From an uncultured Anaerotruncus sp. (lineage in GTDB: Bacteria; Bacillota; Clostridia; Oscillospirales; CAG-272): a stretch of 64,000 bases of DNA. The DNA lies in NCBI GenBank assembly GCA_902461815.1, contig CABPZE010000002.1, forward strand, positions 187,177-251,176, read 5' to 3'. The position numbers and the translations under genes were made by a program. The notes beneath the pieces were generated by a model. The model was given only the letters and a program-made list of their open reading frames with translations, did not search any database and was not told where the DNA came from. This document shows positions 1 to 8,535 of this stretch, one piece after another. The first letter of the stretch is position 1. Each line of letters starts with the position of its first letter.

Positions 1-526
1 ATACCGTTCCGTCGAGGCTTTTCCAGACGGCACAGTTATCCTGCAATATCATATAACTGTTTTTGCTCCCCGCTTTCGGGATCGACACCGAGCCGGGATT
101 CAGATATAAATTCCCCTCCCCGAAGCCATCCCATGCCGGAATATGCGTGTGCCCATGAAGCAGAATATCTCCGGGCTGGAGAGGCGGGAGCGAACCCATA
201 TTGAAGTGATGCCCGTGCGTAGCGTAAATAAGGCGTTCCCCGACCGGCAGAAGGGCATAGTCCGCCATTATCGGAAATCCGAGGACCATCTGGTCGACCT
301 CAGTGTCACAGTTCCCCCTGACGCAAAAGAGCTTGTTTTTCACTGCGTTCAGCATTTCAATAACTTCCTTGGGCGCATAGTCCTTGGGAAGGTCATTGCG
401 CGGACCGTGATATAAAATGTCACCCAGAAGCAAAAGCCTGTCCGCCTGTTCTGCCAAAAAAGCTCCGAGCATCTGCTTGCAGTAATACGCTGAGCCGTGA
501 ATATCCGATGCGATCATCAGCTTCAT
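1..526 (-). CDS. YfcE-type metallophosphoesterase (phosphodiesterase); C-terminal end lies beyond the window edge
   Basis: Open at the window edge, so absent from the ORF track. My translation from ATG 524-526 reads MKLMIASDIHGSAYY...LLLGDILYHGPRN...VRGNCD...THGHH...LLHGHTHIP. These are the DxH/GD/GNCD/GH/GHTH metallophosphoesterase motifs, strongly resembling E. coli YfcE. A GGAG-rich RBS lies upstream. Confidence 0.8.
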   Translation of the reverse strand, partial: MKLMIASDIHGSAYYCKQMLGAFLAEQADRLLLLGDILYHGPRNDLPKDYAPKEVIEMLNAVKNKLFCVRGNCDTEVDQMVLGFPIMADYALLPVGERLIYATHGHHFNMGSLPPLQPGDILLHGHTHIPAWDGFGEGNLYLNPGSVSIPKAGSKNSYMILQDNCAVWKSLDGTV

Positions 527-568
527 AATAGTTCTTCTCCTTTCCCCTCCGTGAGCCGTTTCGAACAT

Positions 569-597
569 ATTATACACTTTTTAAGCCCCGGTTTCAA
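569..597 (-). promoter_or_regulatory. SigA-type promoter of the phosphodiesterase gene
   Basis: Minus strand TTGAAA (597-592), 17-nt spacer, TATAAT (574-569), ~40 nt upstream of the ATG. Confidence 0.6.
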
Positions 598-884
598 TAT
601 CCGTTAAAAGAAAATTTCGGCTGCCGTCAAAAGGCAGCAGCCTTTTTATTAAGTAATACAAAAATCATATTCACTGCCGGAGGAGCAGACTTATTCAGAA
701 AATATCGTCTCCGTTTACGTTGTATTATAATTTTTTTGTAAGGTTGTCGATCAGGCTCATAGCCATATTTACATCAGGATCGATGATCCCTCACAGTTGT
801 CTCGATTTAGCATTCAATAAAAAAATATTCTGCATTATTTCCGGGTACTCTGCAATGACCCGCAGCACGTTAATTGATGCATGA

Positions 885-931
885 TCAAAAATTCGTCCGG
901 GATGTTTCGTACAAAGACGCAACATCCCGGA
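885..931 (-). terminator. Rho-independent terminator after pncB
   Basis: Stem TCCGGGATGTT / AACATCCCGGA (896-931) starts 7 nt after the pncB stop. On the minus strand it is followed by CGAATTTTTGA. Confidence 0.7.
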
Positions 932-937
932 AATTTA

Positions 938-2386
938 TCATCTTTTGCTGTTGATCATTTCATGCTTGATATCCCACAGCTTCTGTGAGAGGTCAACGTA
1001 ATAGTTATGCGGGTTTTCGAATCTCAGAACCTCCTCCCACATGGTCGCAAGCTGACTTGCGCAGCGATCTTTTATCTCCTTGAGAGTCGGGAGAGTGTAT
1101 ACCTGCTTGCCGTTCACATATATCGAAACAAGCAATTCCTCTGCGCGGACGTTGTCAAGAGTTTTGCGCTTCCAGGTATACTGCGGGTCAAATATTTCTA
1201 TCGGCTTTGTGTCGTCCACATTTTCGTCATACACGCAGATAAGATCCGCCTCTGCCTTGCCGTTGTCGCGGTCATAAAGCCTGTATACCTTTTTGAAATG
1301 AGGCGTGGTTATCTTCTGCGCGTTCTCGCTCAGCTTGATCTTCGGAATAATTTCTCCGGTCGCCGGATCTTCAACCGCCGAGAGCTTGTACACACCGCCG
1401 AATACAGGTGAGCTTTTTGAGGTAATAAGCCGCTCGCCCACGCCGAAAGCGTCAACACATGCACCCTGACGTATAATGTCGCGTATGATATACTCGTCAA
1501 GAGAATTGGAAATTACGATCTTGCACTGCGGGAAACCTGCGTTGTCAAGCATACGGCGTACCTTTTTGGTAAGATATGTGATGTCGCCCGAGTCAATGCG
1601 TATGGCGCAGTTTTTGATGCCGCGGGGCAGAAGCACCTCGCGGAAGGCACGTATCGCGTTGGGAACTCCGGACTCAAGCACATTGTAGGTGTCAACAAGG
1701 AGAGTGGCAGCATTTGGATATATCTCGCAGTACGTTTTGAAAGCGGTATATTCGTCCGGGAACATCTGGACCCATGAGTGCGCCATCGTTCCGGTTGCCG
1801 GGACGCCGTATGCCTCGTCGGTAATGGTGCAGGCGGTAGCGGCGCAACCTCCGATATATGCGGCGCGCGCGCCGAGAATGGCGGCGTCAGAGCCCTGCGC
1901 ACGGCGAGAGCCGAACTCGCTGACCGCTCTGCCGTCAGCGGCGCGTACGATACGCGACGCCTTGGTCGCTATGCAGGACTGATGGTTGAACTGCATAAGC
2001 ACATATGTTTCGATAAACTGAGCCTGCGGCGCTTTGGCGCGCACGGTGATAAGCGGCTCGCCGGGGAATATGACAGTTCCCTCGGGAACAGCCCACACAT
2101 CACCCTCAAAGCGGAAGTTCTTGAGATACTCAAGGAATTTTTCATCAAATATTCCCTTTGAGCGGAGATATTCAATGTCCTCGGTATCAAAATGCAGGTC
2201 GTTGATATAATTTACGATCTGTTCAAGTCCGGCGGCTATGGCATATCCGGCGTTGTCGGGGTTGTCGCGGTAAAAAACGTCAAAATAGACGTATGTGTCG
2301 CCCAAGCCGCATTTTTCATAGCCGTTCGCCATGGTCAGCTCGTAAAAATCACAAAGCATTGTAAGGTTTCTGTCGATGTTTTTCAT
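938..2386 (-). CDS. pncB: nicotinate phosphoribosyltransferase
   Basis: 482-aa ORF. N-terminus MKNIDRNLTMLCDFYELTMANGY and overall length are typical of NAPRTase. Confidence 0.9.
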   Translation of the reverse strand: MKNIDRNLTMLCDFYELTMANGYEKCGLGDTYVYFDVFYRDNPDNAGYAIAAGLEQIVNYINDLHFDTEDIEYLRSKGIFDEKFLEYLKNFRFEGDVWAVPEGTVIFPGEPLITVRAKAPQAQFIETYVLMQFNHQSCIATKASRIVRAADGRAVSEFGSRRAQGSDAAILGARAAYIGGCAATACTITDEAYGVPATGTMAHSWVQMFPDEYTAFKTYCEIYPNAATLLVDTYNVLESGVPNAIRAFREVLLPRGIKNCAIRIDSGDITYLTKKVRRMLDNAGFPQCKIVISNSLDEYIIRDIIRQGACVDAFGVGERLITSKSSPVFGGVYKLSAVEDPATGEIIPKIKLSENAQKITTPHFKKVYRLYDRDNGKAEADLICVYDENVDDTKPIEIFDPQYTWKRKTLDNVRAEELLVSIYVNGKQVYTLPTLKEIKDRCASQLATMWEEVLRFENPHNYYVDLSQKLWDIKHEMINSKR

Positions 2387-2432
2387 TTGTTTGATCCTTT
2401 GAATTTATAAATTGAAAATAATATATTCAGTT

Positions 2433-4889
2433 TTATTTATCGTCCTGCGTGGACGTTTTTTGCCTGTCATACCGTGAAATCAGTGCCGCCGCATACACGC
2501 CAAACGCGGCAATTGCGCCAAGCAAAAGCACTGCGGTCACAAGTCTTCTGGTACTTCCCTTGTCCGTGTCGTCAGCTATATCGCGATCTGCCGCCTCCAT
2601 GCGCGCCTGTTCGATAAGCGCGGCAAGCTCGCGGTCTGAATGCTCGTCACTCAAAAGACTTACCGAGTATGTACGGAGAATAAACTCGCCCTCTCCGGAA
2701 ACACGGCGCGCGGCAATTCTTACAGCGTCGATGCCACCGCCATCGGTAAGCGCTGAGACATCAAGATAGAGCGACGCTCTCTCGCCGTCCTTTATGACGG
2801 TTTTTCCCTCAAGGGTCACGCCGCCGCTGTAAATAACCAGCTTTACCTCATAGAGAGACTCACCCGCGCCGTCGGAGCAGGAAAGCTCAAACCCCACCCA
2901 CGGCGTAAACTTTATCGGTTCTGGCGACTCACATATACAGCATATATCGGAATATACGCCGCCGCCCTCGTCATCAAGCACCGCCTTGAGGCAGCCGCCC
3001 TCTGCGTCGTAAACGCTTCTGAGCGTCAAGCAGCCCGGACCTGCTGACCAGCCAAGCGCTCCTGCGGCAGTACAGAAATCCCAAAGCATAAAGCTGCCGG
3101 TATATTCGGGCGCAACCGGCATTGGCTCGGTTTCAATTATCCGCCTGCCTCCGGCAAGCTCGACATTGAAACCGGGTATCAGCCCGTCCCACGAGTCAGC
3201 GCCCAGCACCTCAAGTGCATATGCCGTCATGTCTGCATATTTGTCGGTGTCAATGTATTTGACGAGGTAAGAAACGCTTGAAAACCGTTCGCTGTCAGTG
3301 CGCAGAATAAATACCGACGCACCCGCCGAGGCGAGCGCCATATAATGATAGGAATAAAGCACACTCAGCGCACTCCCCGATGTATCCTCCCCCGGAGTCC
3401 AGCACCAAAGATACTCACGGCTTATCGCGCTGTATTCGCCATGCAGTGAATCGAGCACCGCCGGGAGGCTTCCCAGATTGTCGGGACAGATATACGGATC
3501 ATCCGCAGTTGTTTTTTCAAGCACCTGCGGTTCTTCCGGCGCAGGCTCATCTGTTTCCTCATCGGAAGCATAAGATTCACCCGACCAAACGGATGTCGTG
3601 TCAGCCCCGGAGCTTGCAGGATCCGCAGCACTGTCGGGTACGCGCGTCTGCACATCCGTCGTCTGCACAGGCGATGGAGAGTTTCTGCGACCGTCCGGGT
3701 CTTCGGTTTCTGCGCTGTCGACGGGCGTTTCAAAAAAGCTGTCGGAAAGATGGTAGGCATTGTGTGTGCCGTCTATCATCAGCGTAAACTCAAGATCTGT
3801 GTGCCTTGAGATGTACTCGCCGACCCCGCGCGCAAAATCAGTAAATAAAAGCTCGCCGCCTGCACACTCGTCGCTTACAGGCACGATAAGCCGCACTCCG
3901 TTTCCGGCAGCCGCTGCGGCGATTCCCATAACAGACAGCGTCCGGGCGTATATTTCGTAATACATAGGTCCGGTGCTGGCGCAAAAATTGAATTTTTCGG
4001 GCTGGTCGGTGCAAAAGCCCAGCACAAGCCCGTCGATATCGCCGCGCGTTCCCCCGTTATATCTTGCGCACAGAAAGAAAAGATATGCGTAAACGGTGAT
4101 AGCCGAAACCTCGTCGGAGATCACCACACCCCGGTACGCCGCTCCGTATGACGCCGACGCGGCATAGCAAAGCCCGTCGGGTTCGTCGGACGGCGAAACC
4201 AGAAGGCGAAGATAGACCGACGCTCCTGCAACCGAAGCGCTTCTTATGCGTCGGTCAAGATCGTCCACATAATCGCGGTTGTAGTAAAATGACATTCCGC
4301 CCATCGTCTGAAGATATCCGCTGTGCCTGCCGTCCTCAAGGCGGTCAAGGTAAACGTCTATCATAACACATCCGGCGCCAGCCTCGGCTATTTCCGCGGC
4401 GGAAGTTGAGGATACTCCCTTGAACCCGGCATACGGGGTATTCTGAATCGTCTGAGCCGGATATTTCGGCTCGTCGATAAGCGCGCGGCTGCCGTCGGGA
4501 TAAACGATCGCCGCCGCGTAAAGGGACAAAAGATCCTCTGCCCCGCTGTACTCAATAGTAAATTCAAAGCGTATGGACATTGCCGTGTCCGCCAGCGGCT
4601 CTGTGACAGAGATCACGCCTGAGGCAGTACGCCATGACGGCACACGGAAAAGCGCAATGCGGCAGTTTTTTGCCTTTGTCATTACATTGTGATTTACCGT
4701 TCCGGCAATGCGGATGACCCCGTTTTCCGGGTCGTAAGAACAAACCGTAAGCACACCGAGCGCAGCGCTTTTTTCGTCCGTCGCCCCGGCGGTATCTGAC
4801 GCCGCGACAGGAAGGACAGCTCCCGCAAGGAGCAGAAAGGACATGAGTACCGCAACTGCGCGGCAAAGCGCGGCTTCTGACCATTTCAT
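2433..4889 (-). CDS. exported, C-terminally membrane-anchored protein of unknown function (818 aa)
   Basis: Signal peptide (VAVLMSFLLLAGAVLPVAASD), acidic S/T/D/E/P-rich central linker, and a C-terminal TM helix (LVTAVLLLGAIAAFGVYAAALI) with a charged tail. The N-terminal half looks vaguely glycoside-hydrolase-like (TIM barrel; weak, from memory). No catalytic motif recognised. Confidence 0.6.
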   Translation of the reverse strand: MKWSEAALCRAVAVLMSFLLLAGAVLPVAASDTAGATDEKSAALGVLTVCSYDPENGVIRIAGTVNHNVMTKAKNCRIALFRVPSWRTASGVISVTEPLADTAMSIRFEFTIEYSGAEDLLSLYAAAIVYPDGSRALIDEPKYPAQTIQNTPYAGFKGVSSTSAAEIAEAGAGCVMIDVYLDRLEDGRHSGYLQTMGGMSFYYNRDYVDDLDRRIRSASVAGASVYLRLLVSPSDEPDGLCYAASASYGAAYRGVVISDEVSAITVYAYLFFLCARYNGGTRGDIDGLVLGFCTDQPEKFNFCASTGPMYYEIYARTLSVMGIAAAAAGNGVRLIVPVSDECAGGELLFTDFARGVGEYISRHTDLEFTLMIDGTHNAYHLSDSFFETPVDSAETEDPDGRRNSPSPVQTTDVQTRVPDSAADPASSGADTTSVWSGESYASDEETDEPAPEEPQVLEKTTADDPYICPDNLGSLPAVLDSLHGEYSAISREYLWCWTPGEDTSGSALSVLYSYHYMALASAGASVFILRTDSERFSSVSYLVKYIDTDKYADMTAYALEVLGADSWDGLIPGFNVELAGGRRIIETEPMPVAPEYTGSFMLWDFCTAAGALGWSAGPGCLTLRSVYDAEGGCLKAVLDDEGGGVYSDICCICESPEPIKFTPWVGFELSCSDGAGESLYEVKLVIYSGGVTLEGKTVIKDGERASLYLDVSALTDGGGIDAVRIAARRVSGEGEFILRTYSVSLLSDEHSDRELAALIEQARMEAADRDIADDTDKGSTRRLVTAVLLLGAIAAFGVYAAALISRYDRQKTSTQDDK

Positions 4890-4963
4890 TATTGCGATAC
4901 CCCCTTTACGGCTTTTTGTTTTCTCTACGGAATATATATTTTATCAGATAATCTGTTATACGC

Positions 4964-5983
4964 TCATTCCCGCGATATAGCGGTGAACCGCCACGGTCTG
5001 TCGCGGTCGTCGGGCTCGGCATAATCTATGCCTACTCGCGGCAATGCGGTGTAGTCGGGAGACGGCACACCGTCATCCTCGATCCAAAGCTCATCCGAAA
5101 AGACCGCGTCGTGTCCGTTAAGCCCACGGTCGATGCCGAGATATTTGGTCACCCGTCCGGGACCGTCCGCGCCCTCGACACCGCGTATCAGCACCGCCTC
5201 CGGATCTCCGCGCTGACCGCTTACTATGTTAAGCAGGCTGTGCATCCCGTAGCACAGGTACACATATACAGTACCGCCGCGCTCCCAAAGGATCTTGGTG
5301 CGGTCGGTCTTTCCGCGATGAGCGTGACAGGCGGTATCATCTTCGCCAAGATAGCACTCTGTCTCCGTAATGCGGGCGCGCTTTACCTCTCCGGTTTCCT
5401 TATTTCGGCGACAGAGCCATTTGCCAAGCAGTGCGGGTGCCAGTTCGTCGGCATGCTTCAGATAAAACTCGCGCAGCAGCCGACGCGGCTTGCCTTCGGC
5501 ACTTCGTCGCGCGGCAAAAAAGGAACGAAGCAGCTCCGCGCATTCCGTTTCAAGCACACCGCCCTCTACCAGAGGACGACAGCCGAGCGGATATGCGCTC
5601 AGATCAAAAAGCCCACCAAGCGCCCCGCCTTTTGCGTCATGAGCGCCAAATACCACCCTGTCAAGCCGCGCGTTGATTACAGCTCCGGCACACATCGGGC
5701 ACGGCTCAAGCGTAACGTAAAGCTCACAGCCTGAAAGCCGCCAGCCGCCAAGTCTGCGGCAGGCGTCGCTGATGGCTTCAATTTCCGCGTGCGCGACAGC
5801 TCCTCCGCCGCCTTCCCGCCGGTTTCTGCCCCTGCCTATTATCTCGCCGTGTCTTACGACCACGGCTCCGACCGGAATCTCACCAGCCAGAGCCGCTTCA
5901 CCGGCAAGGGAGAGCGCCTCGCGCATGAACTGTATATCGCGCTCTGCGGCGATGTTATCGTTTTCAGTAACTATCTTTTTCAT
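4964..5983 (-). CDS. tadA: fusion protein: tRNA-specific adenosine deaminase TadA (N-terminal) + AAG/Mpg-family 3-methyladenine/hypoxanthine DNA glycosylase (C-terminal)
   Basis: 339-aa uninterrupted ORF. N-terminal half has HAE(65-67)...PCPMC(94-98)...LLRSFFAARR. C-terminal half has ELAPALLG, ITETECY, GGTVYVYLCYGMHSLLN, AVLIRG, GPGRVTKYLGI, PRVGIDY, PWRF, matching B. subtilis YxlJ / human AAG by eye. Confidence 0.85.
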   Translation of the reverse strand: MKKIVTENDNIAAERDIQFMREALSLAGEAALAGEIPVGAVVVRHGEIIGRGRNRREGGGGAVAHAEIEAISDACRRLGGWRLSGCELYVTLEPCPMCAGAVINARLDRVVFGAHDAKGGALGGLFDLSAYPLGCRPLVEGGVLETECAELLRSFFAARRSAEGKPRRLLREFYLKHADELAPALLGKWLCRRNKETGEVKRARITETECYLGEDDTACHAHRGKTDRTKILWERGGTVYVYLCYGMHSLLNIVSGQRGDPEAVLIRGVEGADGPGRVTKYLGIDRGLNGHDAVFSDELWIEDDGVPSPDYTALPRVGIDYAEPDDRDRPWRFTAISRE

Positions 5984-6006
5984 CAGCTTTCAGCAGTAAA
6001 CACATG

Positions 6007-6984
6007 TCAGATGTTCAACACGGCAAGTATCAGCGCCACGGCAAAAAATATTATCATTGCCGGAGTGAAAAATCCGCGCAGATTTCCACGCTCGCAGACA
6101 TTGCAATCCGCATCCGTTGGCAGTGATTTCCGTTCAGCGGCGCGTGAGTTGATAAGAAACACCCCTGCGGCAACTCCGGCAGCCAGCAGCACTGCGTCAA
6201 AAAGGCAGGATATCAGCACTGACGCTGCAGGGTGAAAGCGATCACAGAACGCCGGCATGAAAACAGATACTGCATTATTGAACAGATGTATAAACGTGCA
6301 GGTCCAGACAGAGCGTGTCTCAACATAGACCCAGCCAAGTATCAGCCCGGCAACGGCAGTATAAAAAAATTGCCGCACATTGTTGTGCATCAGCGCAAAC
6401 AGCACCGCCGAGCCTATGATGGCAGCAGACTTGCCGTATGGAAGCAGATTTGACAGTATACAGCCGCGGAAAAGAAATTCCTCGCAAAGTGCCGGAACCA
6501 GCGCGGTGCACATAAATGAAATTATAATACCCACCGCGTCATTGGGAAGCTCCTCTCCCTCATATGAAGGAACGCCTGCAAACCGCACTATCCAATAGTT
6601 GACATATGAAGCGGCAACTGTTGCGGCAACGGCGAAAATTATCCACGCCGCCGTATTGGAGGATAAGCGCACACCAAGCCGCATCGGCTGTATATTACGG
6701 CGCACTGAGGTAAACCGAAAGAATGCAACCGGAAGCATAAATGACAAAAGATATGCCACAGCCTCCGAACATCCCGACGCAATATCGGCAGCATGCGCGC
6801 CGAATATCCCGGCATGGGCATCCGCAAATGCGCGCAAATGAGCGTCGAGAATATAATTCAGCAAGAACAGCAGGTATATAAGCAAAGTGTGAAACAGCAT
6901 AGTAAGCCCTATCCTTCCGCATACTCCGCGAAAGCCGTTCTTAGCGCTCACTGTCTCCCCATATCCTTCATACACTCCGGTCAT
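6007..6984 (-). CDS. CPBP (CAAX/Abi) family intramembrane metalloprotease
   Basis: Motifs EEFLFRG, FALMHN and HLFNN in a polytopic membrane protein. The ORF track starts at GTG 6993, but that GTG lies inside the AGGTGA RBS, so ATG 6984 is preferred. Confidence 0.8.
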   Translation of the reverse strand: MTGVYEGYGETVSAKNGFRGVCGRIGLTMLFHTLLIYLLFLLNYILDAHLRAFADAHAGIFGAHAADIASGCSEAVAYLLSFMLPVAFFRFTSVRRNIQPMRLGVRLSSNTAAWIIFAVAATVAASYVNYWIVRFAGVPSYEGEELPNDAVGIIISFMCTALVPALCEEFLFRGCILSNLLPYGKSAAIIGSAVLFALMHNNVRQFFYTAVAGLILGWVYVETRSVWTCTFIHLFNNAVSVFMPAFCDRFHPAASVLISCLFDAVLLAAGVAAGVFLINSRAAERKSLPTDADCNVCERGNLRGFFTPAMIIFFAVALILAVLNI

Positions 6985-7033
6985 GTTTTTCACCTGCGGA
7001 CTTGTCCGCCCCCCGATAACTCTTTAATTTTAT

Positions 7034-7062
7034 ATTATACAATAAATCTTCAATATTGTCAA
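7034..7062 (-). promoter_or_regulatory. SigA-type promoter of the CPBP - tadA/aag - 818-aa - pncB operon
   Basis: Minus strand TTGACA (7062-7057), 17 nt, TATAAT (7039-7034). Confidence 0.7.
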
Positions 7063-7094
7063 TCACTGAACATTATAATCGGATGAACGAACGG

Positions 7095-7126
7095 AAAGAC
7101 CGCCGGCAATGCAGTCAGCGGTCTTT
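7095..7126 (-). terminator. probable terminator hairpin after hisS
   Basis: Stem AAAGACCGC / GCGGTCTTT with a 14-nt loop, 60 nt after the hisS stop. The U-tract is weak and partly inside the stem. Confidence 0.45.
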
Positions 7127-7185
7127 ATTTCGTATAATAAAGCGTCAGGCGGAATCAAAAGGAATTAAACTTTCCGCTTGCGCTA

Positions 7186-8421
7186 TCAGTACTCCACAAA
7201 CTCGGTATATCCGTCCTCGGAGAGTTTATTTTTCTGGAAATAGACGTTTTTCATGCGGGGTGTGACGAGAACTCTCGCGCCCTCGGCGCGAAGCTGCGCC
7301 GCGTCGGAGAGCATCGAAAGCATTTTCTCCTCCTCTATCCCTTTGGACGCCAGAAACGCGATACTGCGCTCAGCGGCAGGCGGCTCAAAGCCGCGGTCGG
7401 CAAGCGCCGCAACTATGCGCTCAAATCCAAGAGAAAATCCACAGGCGGGCGTTTTCTGCCCTGAGAATTTGGCAAGCATCTCGTCGTACCTGCCTCCTCC
7501 GCCAACGGAATAGCCGTAGCCGTCCATGCTTATCTCAAAAATAGTCCCGGTGTAATACGACATTCCGCGCACCAGCGTGGGATCAAATTTCAGACGGCAT
7601 CCGCCGGAGGTAGCCGCAGTTGCACAGCGCATGATGCTCTCAAGCGAGGCGGCAATATCCGCACCGTTGCCGCACAGTCTTTGGGAAGCAAATTCCGCCA
7701 CCGACACATCGCCGCAATTTTCGTACAGGGAGATGTACTTATCAACCGACTCGGGGTCAAAGCCCTCTCCAAGCAGCTCGTTTTTGACGCCGTCAAGACC
7801 TATCTTGTCCATCTTGTCAAGCGTGATAAAGACCCTGTCGCAGTCCTCGGCGGCAAATCCGCAGAAGTCGGCGCATACCTTGAGTAGCCGGCGGTCGTTT
7901 ATGCGGACTGTAAAATTATCAAAGCCCAGCTCACGGAGAACTCCGGTGGTAGCCGATATAAGGGTTATCTCCGCCATCTGCGACGCATCGCCCAGAATAT
8001 CTATATCGCACTGTGTGAACTGGCGGAATCTGCCCTTCTGAGGGCGGTCGGCGCGCCAGACATTGCCTATCTGCATCGCCATAAAGGGCGTGGTCAGTTT
8101 TGCCTGATTGTTTGCGTAATATCTTGAAAGCGGCACGGTAAGGTCATAACGCAGACCGCTATCGCAAAGCTCGCCGTCGCCCGCGCCTGCCGCCTCGCTG
8201 AGCTTTTCGCCGCGTTTCATGATCTTGAAGATAAGTTTTTCGTTTTCTCCGCCGTTTTTTCCGGTCAGGTTTTCAATGTGTTCGACCGCCGGGGTTTCTA
8301 TCATTGAAAAGCCACTTTTTTCATACGCGCGGATTATCACGCTCTTTACATATTCGCGCAGTCTCGTCTCGCGCGGAAGATAATCGTTCATTCCCTTAGT
8401 AGGAGTCTTTATGAGCTGCAT
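7186..8421 (-). CDS. hisS: histidine--tRNA ligase (archaeal/eukaryote-like subtype)
   Basis: 411 aa. Contains RYDLTVPLSRY, WRADRPQKGRFRQFTQCD (motif 2) and GGGGRYD (motif 3), followed by a C-terminal anticodon-binding-like domain. Confidence 0.85.
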   Translation of the reverse strand: MQLIKTPTKGMNDYLPRETRLREYVKSVIIRAYEKSGFSMIETPAVEHIENLTGKNGGENEKLIFKIMKRGEKLSEAAGAGDGELCDSGLRYDLTVPLSRYYANNQAKLTTPFMAMQIGNVWRADRPQKGRFRQFTQCDIDILGDASQMAEITLISATTGVLRELGFDNFTVRINDRRLLKVCADFCGFAAEDCDRVFITLDKMDKIGLDGVKNELLGEGFDPESVDKYISLYENCGDVSVAEFASQRLCGNGADIAASLESIMRCATAATSGGCRLKFDPTLVRGMSYYTGTIFEISMDGYGYSVGGGGRYDEMLAKFSGQKTPACGFSLGFERIVAALADRGFEPPAAERSIAFLASKGIEEEKMLSMLSDAAQLRAEGARVLVTPRMKNVYFQKNKLSEDGYTEFVEY

Positions 8422-8462
8422 TTTATATTAAAGCCTTTCTTTGCAATACATTTTGCTTTAAT

Positions 8463-8491
8463 ATTATACAATATTACAATATAAAAGTCAA
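8463..8491 (-). promoter_or_regulatory. SigA-type promoter of hisS
   Basis: Minus strand TTGACT (8491-8486), 17 nt, TATAAT (8468-8463). The leader is only ~35-40 nt. Confidence 0.65.
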
Positions 8492-8535
8492 TGCCTATCA
8501 CCCCTCGCCGCTCAAATGAGGATAAAAAACAAAAC

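Noticed and set aside
650-890. Tiny ORFs (13-15 codons, e.g. MAMSLIDNLTKKL and MHQLTCCGSLQSTRK) in the AT-rich gap between pncB and the phosphodiesterase gene.
   Set aside because: They have no convincing RBS and are too short to evaluate without comparative data.
8422-8535. T-box riboswitch expected upstream of hisS.
   Set aside because: The intergenic region is only 114 nt and is largely occupied by a promoter, leaving a ~35-40-nt leader. That is too short for a T-box, and no T-box sequence is present.
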